IMG/VR virus record: IMGVR_UViG_3300019124_000003
Location: 1-64,000 of that record
Length of the DNA: 64,000 nucleotides
Source of the DNA: a virus
Reading direction: 5' to 3' (one strand)
The notes beneath the pieces were generated by a model, which worked only from the letters and a program-made list of their open reading frames with translations, did not search any database and was not told where the DNA came from. Made by a program: the position numbers and the translations under genes. Positions 38,238 through 47,057 of this stretch are shown piece by piece. How positions within the stretch are numbered: the first letter of the stretch is position 1; every line of letters starts with the position of its first letter.

Positions 38238-40817
38238 TCACGCGTCCGCCATAAGGCCCAGATGGGCCACGAGGTCGTCATGACCGCCGATCAGGACCTC
38301 GCTGCCCGCGGCATCGATGGCGTAGACCTTCGGGAAGGTCCGCTTGTCGCCCTCGAAGCCGCGCTCGTCGAGCCAGGCGATGCGGTCGGCCCGGTCGAGG
38401 ATCCGGACATAGTTGAACCGGAAGTCCAGCTCCTCGAGAAGGTTCTTGGCCTTCTCGCACCAGGGGCAGCCGTCGAAGCCGTAGAGGCGATAATCGACGT
38501 TGTTATCCAGGACATAGCTCAGGTCCGGATTGCTGCCCTTTTCGAAGACCTCGCCCTCGTTGAAATCGACCGGGCAACCACCGCTGCCGCAATCGACGTG
38601 CTCGAAGCCGATCTCCTCGCGCATCCCGGCGCCGGCGATTGCCGCGGCGATCTGCTCGAAACGCTCCTTCGTCACCGGCTCCTCGGGCTGATACTCGTAG
38701 GCCGTGGTGTCGGCCTGCGGCATCACCGAGCAGCAGCGGATCGAGAACTGGCCCTCGATCAGCGTCTCCAGGAAGTGCTCGTAGGAGACGGTCTTCGGGT
38801 CATACTTGAGCGTGTAGGAGACCTGGTTGCCCGACTCCTCCAGCGGCGTCACGCCGTCCTCGGCCACGCCCCGGATCCAATACTTCTCCAGCAGGCGAAG
38901 GAACTGATACTGCTCCTCCGGCGTCGCCTCGGCCGCGGTCACGACCCAATCGCCGCCGTCGAGTTCGCAGATCCTCGGCTTGGTCGGGAAGCCCACGACC
39001 GTCGTGCCCTCATACTGGACCAGGCGCTTGATCGGATAGCCCTTCGCCTCGTATTCGGCGACGAGCGGATCGTCGTTGCGGAACTGGACCCAGCGCAGGA
39101 ACTCCCGCATCGAGGGCAGGTGCGCGCCTTCGGTCAGGCCGAACAGCTTCGACGTGGTGCCGGCCGGCTTGAAGGTCGTGTTCGTATGCGGCACCTCGAC
39201 GCCGAGCTGCTTCGCATAGCGATAGGCCTCGTCCACGACGGCCCGCTTGAACCGGGAGAGCGTCAGCCACATGGGCTTAGACTTCGCCTCGTCGATGATG
39301 TCGTGCCAGGTGAACTTGAAGCGGGCATAGGCCCACTCGTGGAAGCCCGTGATGCCGACGCCGATGCGGTTCGTGCGCTGGACCTCGCGCTTGTAGAGCG
39401 AGTCCATCAGGTTCGTGCGGATCAGAGCGCGCACGGCCGTCCGGAACGCATCCTCCGCGTCATCGTCGTTCTGGGCGTGGAAGGGCACCACGTCCGCGAT
39501 CACGCAGTAGCCGCCGAGCATCAGCAGGGTGATCTCGCCGCACGGGTTCGTGATCATCTGGTAGCGCAGGCCCGCGACGACCCGCGCCAGCTCGCGCATG
39601 AGCGGCATGGTCTCGTCGTCGATCCGGAACTTGGCGGACTCGGCGTAAAGCCCGTCCACGTAGTCCGAAATGTCGCCCTTCTGGGTCAGCTTGTCCTGGT
39701 TGATCAGGCCGGGCTCGCCGGTGCCGTCATGGAACGCCGCGTAGGCCAGGCGCCGCAGGACGCGGTAGGCATGAGCCTCGTCGTCGTTGATCTGGCCTGT
39801 GACCAGAAGCACGGACAGACGGTTCTCGATCTCCACTTCCGGGAACTTGGCGACGAGCGGATGAACCTTCTTCACGGCCGTCCGGAACTCGTCGTCGATG
39901 GTGACGGAGTTGTTGGAGCTCCACAGGAAGCCGCCCCGCTTCAACTCGATGAAGTCGAAGATGGTCCGGTCCTTCCAATACTTCGTCGCCATGCGGGCCG
40001 CGCGCCGCGCGCCGCCGACGAGAACGCACTCCGCCGCATAGTGGTCGGCATACATCGCCGCGCGCCAGGGCGCCATGCCGGCGTCACGGATGCGGGCGAT
40101 CTTGGCGATCGCGCCCATCAGCGGGCCGGGACCGGAAGCCGGACGGCCCTGCATTCCCATGATCGGCGCGCCCTGCTCGCGAACGTCGGTGAAGTCGAGG
40201 ATCAGGACCTCCTCGCGCCGGCCTTCGAACGCCATGCGCTCGATGATTTCGATGGCCTTCGCCCAGCCCTCGCGCGAATCCGGAACGCGGAAGACGGTGA
40301 TCTTGCGCCCGCGATAGAGGTGCTCGGCGTCGCGCTGCGTCATGTAGCCCTGCACCAGGCCCCGGGCCACGTCCTTGTGGCTCCAGTCGATGACCGGCAC
40401 GACGATCGGCATGTTGTTGAGGTCGGCCTTGATCATCGCGTCGTCGTAGGCGCGACCGACGCCGGAGCCGTTCAAGAGGAGATAGAACAGGAGGAAGGTC
40501 GCCGCTGCCGTCGAGCAGTTGGTGAACACTTCCATGTTGCGGGTCGGCTGCGTCTCGTCGCCGTGCTGCAAGTGCCGGCCGGACATCAAGAGCGAGGCCT
40601 GCCGCAGATGATGCTCCATCTGGTAGCGCTCATACTCGCGGGAGGCGAGACGCGGCTCCAGCAACGAGTTGCCGAGCGCGACGCGGGCCGCGACCTCGGC
40701 CCAGGTTTCGACCCGGGTGGTGCCGTCGGGGTTCTTGATCTTGCGGTTGACGGTGCGATCCGCGACCGCCTGGCCCATGCCAGGGAAATAGTCGCGAGCG
40801 GGCGTTGGGTGGCCCAT
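38238..40817 (-). CDS. nrdJ: class II (B12-dependent-type) ribonucleotide reductase fused to a C-terminal glutaredoxin-like domain
   Basis: Single 859-aa chain with TNPCGEI active-site block (class II style) and C-terminal Cys pair DCGSGGCP. The last ~85 aa have a Grx pattern: YGFDGCPWCEKAKNLL. Confidence 0.85.
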   Translation of the reverse strand: MGHPTPARDYFPGMGQAVADRTVNRKIKNPDGTTRVETWAEVAARVALGNSLLEPRLASREYERYQMEHHLRQASLLMSGRHLQHGDETQPTRNMEVFTNCSTAAATFLLFYLLLNGSGVGRAYDDAMIKADLNNMPIVVPVIDWSHKDVARGLVQGYMTQRDAEHLYRGRKITVFRVPDSREGWAKAIEIIERMAFEGRREEVLILDFTDVREQGAPIMGMQGRPASGPGPLMGAIAKIARIRDAGMAPWRAAMYADHYAAECVLVGGARRAARMATKYWKDRTIFDFIELKRGGFLWSSNNSVTIDDEFRTAVKKVHPLVAKFPEVEIENRLSVLLVTGQINDDEAHAYRVLRRLAYAAFHDGTGEPGLINQDKLTQKGDISDYVDGLYAESAKFRIDDETMPLMRELARVVAGLRYQMITNPCGEITLLMLGGYCVIADVVPFHAQNDDDAEDAFRTAVRALIRTNLMDSLYKREVQRTNRIGVGITGFHEWAYARFKFTWHDIIDEAKSKPMWLTLSRFKRAVVDEAYRYAKQLGVEVPHTNTTFKPAGTTSKLFGLTEGAHLPSMREFLRWVQFRNDDPLVAEYEAKGYPIKRLVQYEGTTVVGFPTKPRICELDGGDWVVTAAEATPEEQYQFLRLLEKYWIRGVAEDGVTPLEESGNQVSYTLKYDPKTVSYEHFLETLIEGQFSIRCCSVMPQADTTAYEYQPEEPVTKERFEQIAAAIAGAGMREEIGFEHVDCGSGGCPVDFNEGEVFEKGSNPDLSYVLDNNVDYRLYGFDGCPWCEKAKNLLEELDFRFNYVRILDRADRIAWLDERGFEGDKRTFPKVYAIDAAGSEVLIGGHDDLVAHLGLMADA

Positions 40818-40875
40818 CTTGTTCTTCTCCTATGACTGAATGAAAGGGCATATATAGTAGGTCAGTCAGAACTGA

Positions 40876-40899
40876 CTTACTAGACTTGACAAACGGCTA
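40876..40899 (-). promoter_or_regulatory. class-2-like promoter (weaker match)
   Basis: TAGCCG-N10-CTAGTAAG upstream of nrdJ. Confidence 0.35.
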
Positions 40900-41475
40900 C
40901 GCAGCGACAGGTGGCGCGGTGCTCTTCCAGACCGCCAAAAGCTGCTTGAACTCCTGCAATCCGATGCCGGCCTTCGCGATGGCGCAGGCGTCCGCCAGGT
41001 GCTCGTTGTCGTTGGTGTAGACCATCTTGCCCTTGAACTTGCGCTGGCGCCAGGGTGCGTCCGGATACTCCTCGCGCGCCCACTCCATCATCTCCTCTTT
41101 CGAGGCGGTCTTGGTGCCCACGGCCGCGAGCTTCGCCTGGAAGTTCTGCACCTGGAGGATCGGGATCGGCGAGCAGGCGACGAGCCCGATGGCGATGCCG
41201 AAGCCCGTCGCGGCCCGGTGATCCTGCGCGCCCGACGGGATCTCGGCAAAGCCGATCGCGCAGTCCTTCACCGCCTTATGGAAGCCATCGCGCAATTCGA
41301 TGGCCCGGCGCAGGTCATCCGAGTTCTTGCGGATGTTCTTGCCGGCATCGTTCTCGGTCTTGAGCAGGATCAGGTCCTCCACCTTCAAATCGAGGGTGTC
41401 GAGATCGAGCAGCATCCGGGCGATGCCGAAATTGACGAAGCCGGGATCGATGCCGGCGATGCGGATATGTGTCAT
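40897..41475 (-). CDS. RuvC-like Holliday junction resolvase
   Basis: IAGIDPG, FAEIPSG, NEHLADA acidic catalytic pattern of the RNase H fold; start ATG chosen, upstream GTG at 41511 possible. Confidence 0.75.
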   Translation of the reverse strand: MTHIRIAGIDPGFVNFGIARMLLDLDTLDLKVEDLILLKTENDAGKNIRKNSDDLRRAIELRDGFHKAVKDCAIGFAEIPSGAQDHRAATGFGIAIGLVACSPIPILQVQNFQAKLAAVGTKTASKEEMMEWAREEYPDAPWRQRKFKGKMVYTNDNEHLADACAIAKAGIGLQEFKQLLAVWKSTAPPVAA

Positions 41476-41495
41476 TTCGAAAGTTTCCGTTCTCC

Positions 41496-42173
41496 TTAAA
41501 ACTGGCCCCACGTCTCGTCGCTGCCGATCATCGCCAACTGCTTCACGTCCTGAAGCTCCCGGTTCGTGCGCTCCAGATCGGCGCGCAGGTTCTCGATCCG
41601 ATCCTCGAGCGCAACAATGAGCTTCGTGGGATCCGGCGCCGCGGTGAGCATCTTGCCCTTCAACTGCTCCGCGTAGTTGAAGCCGTGCTCGTAGGTGGAC
41701 ACGTAAGGATGGTTGTTGCGAGACCAGCCCATCATTCCGGCCGCGAAGGCGCGCAGAAAGCCCGTCTCCTCCGGCGACATCGCCACAGCGCCCGGAATGG
41801 CCCCATGGGTCCGCCCCTGAAGCTCGATGATCTTGTTCTCGATGGTCATCAGCCGGTCGGCACCAGCGGCGCCGGCATTGAGAGCGCTATGGGCGTTGAG
41901 CATCCAGCACAGCCGACCGCCGAAGATGAAGCCCTTCTCGTAGTTCGGGTTCTTCATCTTCTCCGCATTCGACGGGTTCATCATCAGACCGTCGATCAGG
42001 CCGTCGGCCCACATCAGCCTCGGATCGGGCGTGACCTCGATCGTGCCGGAATAGGTCGCCCCTGGCGCGATCGTGACCGAGAACTCACCCGGGCTCTCGG
42101 CGAGGGTCTCCGGCATCGGAGTCGCGACGATGCCTTCCTGCTCGCCCTCGGGCCACTTGAACTCGACGCCCAT
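41496..42173 (-). CDS. hypothetical protein (225 aa)
   Basis: TGATG coupling at MGVEFKW; ends SDETWGQF. Confidence 0.7.
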   Translation of the reverse strand: MGVEFKWPEGEQEGIVATPMPETLAESPGEFSVTIAPGATYSGTIEVTPDPRLMWADGLIDGLMMNPSNAEKMKNPNYEKGFIFGGRLCWMLNAHSALNAGAAGADRLMTIENKIIELQGRTHGAIPGAVAMSPEETGFLRAFAAGMMGWSRNNHPYVSTYEHGFNYAEQLKGKMLTAAPDPTKLIVALEDRIENLRADLERTNRELQDVKQLAMIGSDETWGQF

Positions 42174-42637
42174 CACCAGGATCCCCAAGTGTCGTCGTCG
42201 GCATAGACGGCCGCCGTCTCGGCCTCGGCCTTCGCCTGCTCTTCCTTCTTGGCCTTCTCGATCTCGCGCTTGGCGGCGGCGACGAACTTACGCTTCGCCG
42301 ACGGCCAGCCCGTGTCCTCGGAATAGCCGAGCGCGTGGCAGAGCATGGGCTCCAGGTCCGGGAACGTGTCGAAGACCTTCTTCTCGTCCAGCTCCATCTG
42401 CTTGAAGGGCTGGGAATCGACCGGCTCGAACTCGAAGATGAACTGCGACCGCACGCCTTCGCGCACGCCGCTGAACAGGAATTCCGTGCCGCCGGCCAGG
42501 TTCTTGTTCTTGTATTTGCCATCGACCATCAGGAGCGTCGCCATGATCGGCGCCTTGAGGGTGAAGACCCCATCGACGGCCTTCAGATGGGCCGTCACCT
42601 TGTCGATGATCTGCTGTGATGGATTGGTTTCAGTCAT
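42173..42637 (-). CDS. hypothetical protein (154 aa)
   Basis: Behind class-2 promoter; ends DDDTWGSW. Confidence 0.7.
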   Translation of the reverse strand: MTETNPSQQIIDKVTAHLKAVDGVFTLKAPIMATLLMVDGKYKNKNLAGGTEFLFSGVREGVRSQFIFEFEPVDSQPFKQMELDEKKVFDTFPDLEPMLCHALGYSEDTGWPSAKRKFVAAAKREIEKAKKEEQAKAEAETAAVYADDDTWGSW

Positions 42638-42673
42638 CGGTTCGTCCTTGTAAGTAAGTTCTGACTGATATGT

Positions 42674-42901
42674 TCAGTTATAGCGAAATCTGCTCGGCTG
42701 CGCGTCGGAGCTCCCTCGGACTGCTCGCTTGATCAGCGCCTTGATGTTGGCGAGGTTGCGATAATCGCCGGGCGTCTTCGCGGTGAAGAAGAACTCGCCG
42801 TTGGGCGCCTTCCAACGCAGGTGCTTGGCCGACGGCTCGATGATCCATCCCTCGGCACGCTTCTCGCGCACCAGCTTGTTCATGTCTCCTTTCAAACTCA
42901 T
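42674..42901 (-). CDS. small protein with weak HicA/YcfA-like pattern
   Basis: ATGA coupling at MSLKGD; GW...KH...NG...TP.D.R pattern only loosely HicA-like. Confidence 0.5.
   Translation of the reverse strand: MSLKGDMNKLVREKRAEGWIIEPSAKHLRWKAPNGEFFFTAKTPGDYRNLANIKALIKRAVRGSSDAQPSRFRYN
42677..42700 (-). promoter_or_regulatory. class-2 phage promoter
   Basis: CAGCCG-N10-GCTATAAC upstream of 42173..42637. Confidence 0.55.
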
Positions 42902-43368
42902 GGGCTCCAATACCTTGCAACGTTACGAATGGGTTTGCCGACTTCGAGGGCATAACTGATGGTCCGGTCGGTGCCGCCGGGAGTGCCGTTGTAGAGCGCC
43001 AGCAGCAGGTCACAGCGGTCCACCATCCACTTGTCACGGGCGAACATCTTGTAGGGCTCGTATTCGCCTTCCGAGACGACCACGACCTCATCGGCCTGCT
43101 CCAGGATCTTGCGGTAGAGATCCTGATAGTCCGCGGCCCACCGCGTCTCCTGGCCTTTGAAGGGAAGGGCACATGTCAGTGGGATGCGCCGATCGATTGC
43201 GCCGATCGCGAGCGCCATGTCCCAACCCAGCGCCATGCCGGAGATGACGCGCTCCACGCCTTCAATCTGCCCGAGCTGCTCGATGGCGAAGTGGGTCAGC
43301 TTGGTGAAGACCCGCTTCGAATAGCCACCGAGCTTGTTAGGGCGATGCCCCGTGCCCGCGACGATCAT
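42898..43368 (-). CDS. SLOG/DUF1273 (YpsA/YoqJ)-like protein
   Basis: N-terminal IVAGTGHRP block and Rossmann-like layout. Confidence 0.6.
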   Translation of the reverse strand: MIVAGTGHRPNKLGGYSKRVFTKLTHFAIEQLGQIEGVERVISGMALGWDMALAIGAIDRRIPLTCALPFKGQETRWAADYQDLYRKILEQADEVVVVSEGEYEPYKMFARDKWMVDRCDLLLALYNGTPGGTDRTISYALEVGKPIRNVARYWSP

Positions 43369-45311
43369 TCCGCCGTCTCCACAACCGTTGACTTCTTGCC
43401 CTTCTTGACGACTGTGATGCTGTTACGCACCCAGTCCTTCAGGTCGTTGTGGCTGATGATGAAGACCGAGCCCCGCTCGCGCGCCTTCTCCTCCAGGATC
43501 ACCATCAGGCGCTCCAGCCCGGCCTTGTCCAAAGCGTCGTCGATTTCGTCGCCGATGAAGAGGTCGATCGGCTTCGAGGCACGACGGGCCACGAGATCCT
43601 GCAGAGCCAATGCCGCAGCGACCCGGACCTTGCGCTTCTCGCCGCCGGAGACGAGCCCGAAACTGTCGCCGCCCTCGGCGTGGGTCACGTCGATGGTGAA
43701 CTTCTCGCGCAATTCGCCCTTCGCCGTCTTCGTCAGCGTGTTCCAGGTCGCAACGATGTTGCCGTCGGAGAGCGTTCCGAGATACTTCGCGGTCTGGTCG
43801 TTGAGAAACGGCGTCACGTCGTCGAGGATGTGAGCCCGGACGCCGGCCGGCGAGAACACCTTCGCGATCGCCTCGGCGACCTTCAGCTTCTCCTGCTCGT
43901 GCCGGACGACCTTCTCGCGCTCGGCGAAGTCGATCGTCCGGGACTCGATCTGAGCCTCGCACTTCTTGATCTGGATGTCGTAGGGGTTCTCCTCGGCGCT
44001 GACGCGCTTGATCTCCTCGGCGAGACGCTTTGTCTCCTTCACGGCCAGGGCCAAGTCGCGCTCAAGCCTGGCGATCTCGTCTAACTGGGCCTGAAATTTC
44101 GCTCTCTCAGCGCTTGTTGCTGAAAGATCAGTCATCGACGCTCTGAACGCGTCCCGCGCGTCTGTGACGCTCTGAAGCGATTTCTGAGCACGTTCCACGA
44201 CGCTCTTAGCTGCGCGCACTTTCGCGAGCGTATCGTTCGCGGCAGCGGCAGCCGCGGCCTTCGCAGGCTTGATGTCCTCGGCCGTGAACGGACGCGCGCA
44301 GCCGGAGCATGGGCAGCCGATCTTGTGATCGAGTTCGTCGTGGACCTTGCGCTCCCGGACGAGCTGCTCGGCGAGGCTCTTGAGGGTCGTCTCGGCCGCG
44401 GTGAGTTCGGCCTGGGCCTTCATCACCTCCTCGTCGTGCTTGCGCAGCTCCTTATGCTCCGCAGCGCAGCCGGCGATCTTGGCGTCGCAATCGGCGATAC
44501 CCTTCAGGACCGCGGGCTTGTCGCGCAGGTCGATGTTCTCCTTGATCGACTTGGCAAGACCCGCCTTTGTCTTCGCCTGCGCCGTCAGATCGGCGACCTT
44601 CAGGCGCCGGCCTTCCTCCCAGGACTCGTGCATATCCTTCAGTTCGACCAGGTGATCCTTCGCGTCGTTGAGGCGCCGCTCGGCGTCGTCGCGGTTGCGG
44701 CTCGCCGCTTCCGTGTCCGCCTTCTGCTTGGCGAGACGCCCCGACGCCTCCTTGTAGGCCTTTTCGAGAACGTCGGTGCCGGCAGCCTCCTCGACCAGCA
44801 TCTTGAGCTTCTTGTCGGTCATGCCGGGAAGGTCGGGCATGGCGTCCTGGCCGGCATAGATGGCCGCGACGAAGACCTCATAGGAGCAGCCGAGAATCTG
44901 TCGGATCTTCTCCTGGGTCAGGTCGATCTTGCCCTGAGTCAGGTTGATCTTCTCGGTTACGCCGTCCTTGTCCTCCAACTTGAACAGATGAAGCTCGTTC
45001 TTGCCCGTCTTATGCTTGCGGTAGCGCACGACCTCATAGAGTTCGTCGCCGTCCTCGACCATCACGCGCCCGAAGCAATCCTTGCCGGCCGTGCGATTAA
45101 CAACCGCATCGCCCGACGCGCCGCGCGCCGTTTCTCCCCAAAGGGTCCAGCACAGGAGATCGGCAAGCGACGACTTGCCCGAGCCGTTCGAATCCGCGGA
45201 CGTGTCGTCGTGATTCTCGCCCTGGATCAGCACCAGGCCCCGGTCGCGCAGATCGAGGCTGACCTTGCCCAGCGTGAGAAAGTTCTCGCCTTCGAGGAGT
45301 GGAAACTTCAT
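43365..45311 (-). CDS. sbcC: SbcC/Rad50-like ATPase (T4 gp46 analogue)
   Basis: Walker A GSGKSS, long coiled coil with CPCSGC zinc hook, signature SGGEKRK, Walker B LFIGDEID. Confidence 0.9.
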   Translation of the reverse strand: MKFPLLEGENFLTLGKVSLDLRDRGLVLIQGENHDDTSADSNGSGKSSLADLLCWTLWGETARGASGDAVVNRTAGKDCFGRVMVEDGDELYEVVRYRKHKTGKNELHLFKLEDKDGVTEKINLTQGKIDLTQEKIRQILGCSYEVFVAAIYAGQDAMPDLPGMTDKKLKMLVEEAAGTDVLEKAYKEASGRLAKQKADTEAASRNRDDAERRLNDAKDHLVELKDMHESWEEGRRLKVADLTAQAKTKAGLAKSIKENIDLRDKPAVLKGIADCDAKIAGCAAEHKELRKHDEEVMKAQAELTAAETTLKSLAEQLVRERKVHDELDHKIGCPCSGCARPFTAEDIKPAKAAAAAAANDTLAKVRAAKSVVERAQKSLQSVTDARDAFRASMTDLSATSAERAKFQAQLDEIARLERDLALAVKETKRLAEEIKRVSAEENPYDIQIKKCEAQIESRTIDFAEREKVVRHEQEKLKVAEAIAKVFSPAGVRAHILDDVTPFLNDQTAKYLGTLSDGNIVATWNTLTKTAKGELREKFTIDVTHAEGGDSFGLVSGGEKRKVRVAAALALQDLVARRASKPIDLFIGDEIDDALDKAGLERLMVILEEKARERGSVFIISHNDLKDWVRNSITVVKKGKKSTVVETAE

Positions 45312-45475
45312 GGCTTATACCCCGCAACACAGGTCCAACCGTTGATTGCGCCGTGCCAACGCGCGACATGACCGGGAGTGCACTCGGGCCGGAACGCCGA
45401 GTGCAGCATGACCCCGATGACGACCAGGAACGCCAGGATCATCCAGGCGAGCGCCGTGATCTGAGCCTGGCTCAC
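45308..45475 (-). CDS. small membrane protein (55 aa, GTG start)
   Basis: GTGA overlap upstream and ATGA overlap with sbcC; TM LAWMILAFLVVIGVML. Confidence 0.45.
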   Translation of the reverse strand: MSQAQITALAWMILAFLVVIGVMLHSAFRPECTPGHVARWHGAINGWTCVAGYKP

Positions 45476-45849
45476 GAAGCCCTCCCGGCCATGCGGGTCA
45501 CGACATCGGCGTAGTCGCCGGTCATGATCGTCGGGCTCTTGGTCTTGGCCTTCTTCTCGGTCTTCTTCTTCGGACCGAAGCTGAAGCCCTTCTTCGCGGA
45601 ACGGCCCATGTCGTAGGTGTAGCCGCCGGCCGTCGAGACGCCGCCCTTCTTGCTGCTCATGCCGTATTGCCTTTCGATGCGAACGTTGGCGTCCGGAAAC
45701 TTCTTCCTGTAGGCCTCCGCCGTAGACAGAGGCAGGTCGTGGAACGAGATCGGGATGCGCTCGACCTTCTCGCCGGTCTTCCGGCCCTTCGTATCGAACA
45801 CCGAAATTCGTTGTTCACGCTCCATGTGGACAGTATAAAAGTCAGCCAT
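45472..45849 (-). CDS. hypothetical basic protein (125 aa)
   Basis: RBS CAGGAGGA; full ORF. Confidence 0.7.
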   Translation of the reverse strand: MADFYTVHMEREQRISVFDTKGRKTGEKVERIPISFHDLPLSTAEAYRKKFPDANVRIERQYGMSSKKGGVSTAGGYTYDMGRSAKKGFSFGPKKKTEKKAKTKSPTIMTGDYADVVTRMAGRAS

Positions 45850-45910
45850 AACAGTAATCCTCCTGTCGATGCTGAAATTGTATCAAGCAGAACGCGGTGC
45901 GAGCGCGGGT

Positions 45911-46987
45911 TTACACGCTCGCACTACGGACAAACGTCAGCACATCGAGGCAGCCAGCCTTGACGGCGGCAGGATCATCGACGCCCATCGCGTCCACGTA
46001 GTTCGCGACCGAGGCCTCGAGGCTCGGGGCCGACGAGGCAGCGCTGCGGGATCGAGCGACCGCTTCTTCGCGGATCGCGTCGAAGATCACGCCCTTCGCG
46101 CCCATTCCTTCGAGATCGGCCCGGAAGTAGCGGGCCTGCTCCGCGGTCAGCTTCATCGACCGGACGCGCACATAGTTGCCGTCGGCGATCAGCGGCAGCT
46201 CGTCCTCTTCCGTGTCAGCCGTGACATCGACGAATAGCGGCGCGTGGGTGGCCCGATACTCGACGCGATCCTCATGCACGATCAGGAAACCGGCCTTCGT
46301 GCCGACATCGGAGAAGGTCTGGTGATTGAGCGCGCCGATCGAGATCACGCGCCCGCCTTCGAAGACGCAATGATGGTGGTAGTGACCGGCGAAGACGCGC
46401 TTGAAGCCCCAGGAGGCGATCTCGGCGCTGGTCAATCCGTGCGCCGGAACGCCGGAGAGCACGCCGTCGATGCCGGCATGGATGATCAGGTCCATTTCGT
46501 CGCGGTCGGCGATCGCGCCGCGGATCTCGTCAACCGCCTCGCGCAGACCCTTCAGGTCGCGGCACCAGGGGATCATCACGACCGGCTGGCGATCGGCGAG
46601 GCCGGACTGGAACACATAAGGACTCGTGACGACGGTGAAGCCGTCGAGGCCGCCGATGGTCTGGATCGCGTTGCCCAGCTCCGTCGTATCCTGGTCCTTG
46701 TTGTCGTGATTGCCCGGGATCGCGTAGATCCGCACGCCCGACGCCAGGATCTCCTTGATCGTCGCATGGGTCGGGTTGAACACCTCCGGATCCATCGATC
46801 CGCGGGTGTGAAACAAATCGCCCGCGAAGAACAGGGTATCGCCGCCCGCTTTCTTCACCTCGACGGCGGCGCGCTTCATTTCGTCGAGGGTGATTTGGAG
46901 ACGCGAATTGACGCCCGACTCCAGGCGCTTCGAGAACATGCTCCAGTTGTGGCAATGCTGGTCGGACAGAACACCGTGCGGCTTCAT
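45911..46987 (-). CDS. sbcD: SbcD/Mre11-like nuclease (T4 gp47 analogue)
   Basis: Metallophosphatase motifs SDQHCH, GDLFH, GNHD, GHYH; start at MKPHGV; ORF-track extension rejected. Confidence 0.9.
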   Translation of the reverse strand: MKPHGVLSDQHCHNWSMFSKRLESGVNSRLQITLDEMKRAAVEVKKAGGDTLFFAGDLFHTRGSMDPEVFNPTHATIKEILASGVRIYAIPGNHDNKDQDTTELGNAIQTIGGLDGFTVVTSPYVFQSGLADRQPVVMIPWCRDLKGLREAVDEIRGAIADRDEMDLIIHAGIDGVLSGVPAHGLTSAEIASWGFKRVFAGHYHHHCVFEGGRVISIGALNHQTFSDVGTKAGFLIVHEDRVEYRATHAPLFVDVTADTEEDELPLIADGNYVRVRSMKLTAEQARYFRADLEGMGAKGVIFDAIREEAVARSRSAASSAPSLEASVANYVDAMGVDDPAAVKAGCLDVLTFVRSASV

Positions 46988-47057
46988 CGAGATCTCCGGT
47001 CGAGAGGGCAGGGGAGGGGGCCAGTCATTACTGACTGACCCCAACGGATGCGAACGG

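Noticed and set aside
38226-40835. Very long plus-strand ORFs antisense to minus-strand genes (38226..40835 869 aa; also 55716..57992, 48020..49657, 30708..31928, 60620..61972, 43449..45371 and others)
   Set aside because: These are typical high-GC shadow ORFs. Their translations are Arg/Leu/Gly/Asp-rich and repetitive with no motifs. The opposite strand encodes clearly recognisable enzymes (NrdJ, DnaE, AAA+, rIIB, CobS, SbcC) with RBSs and coupling.
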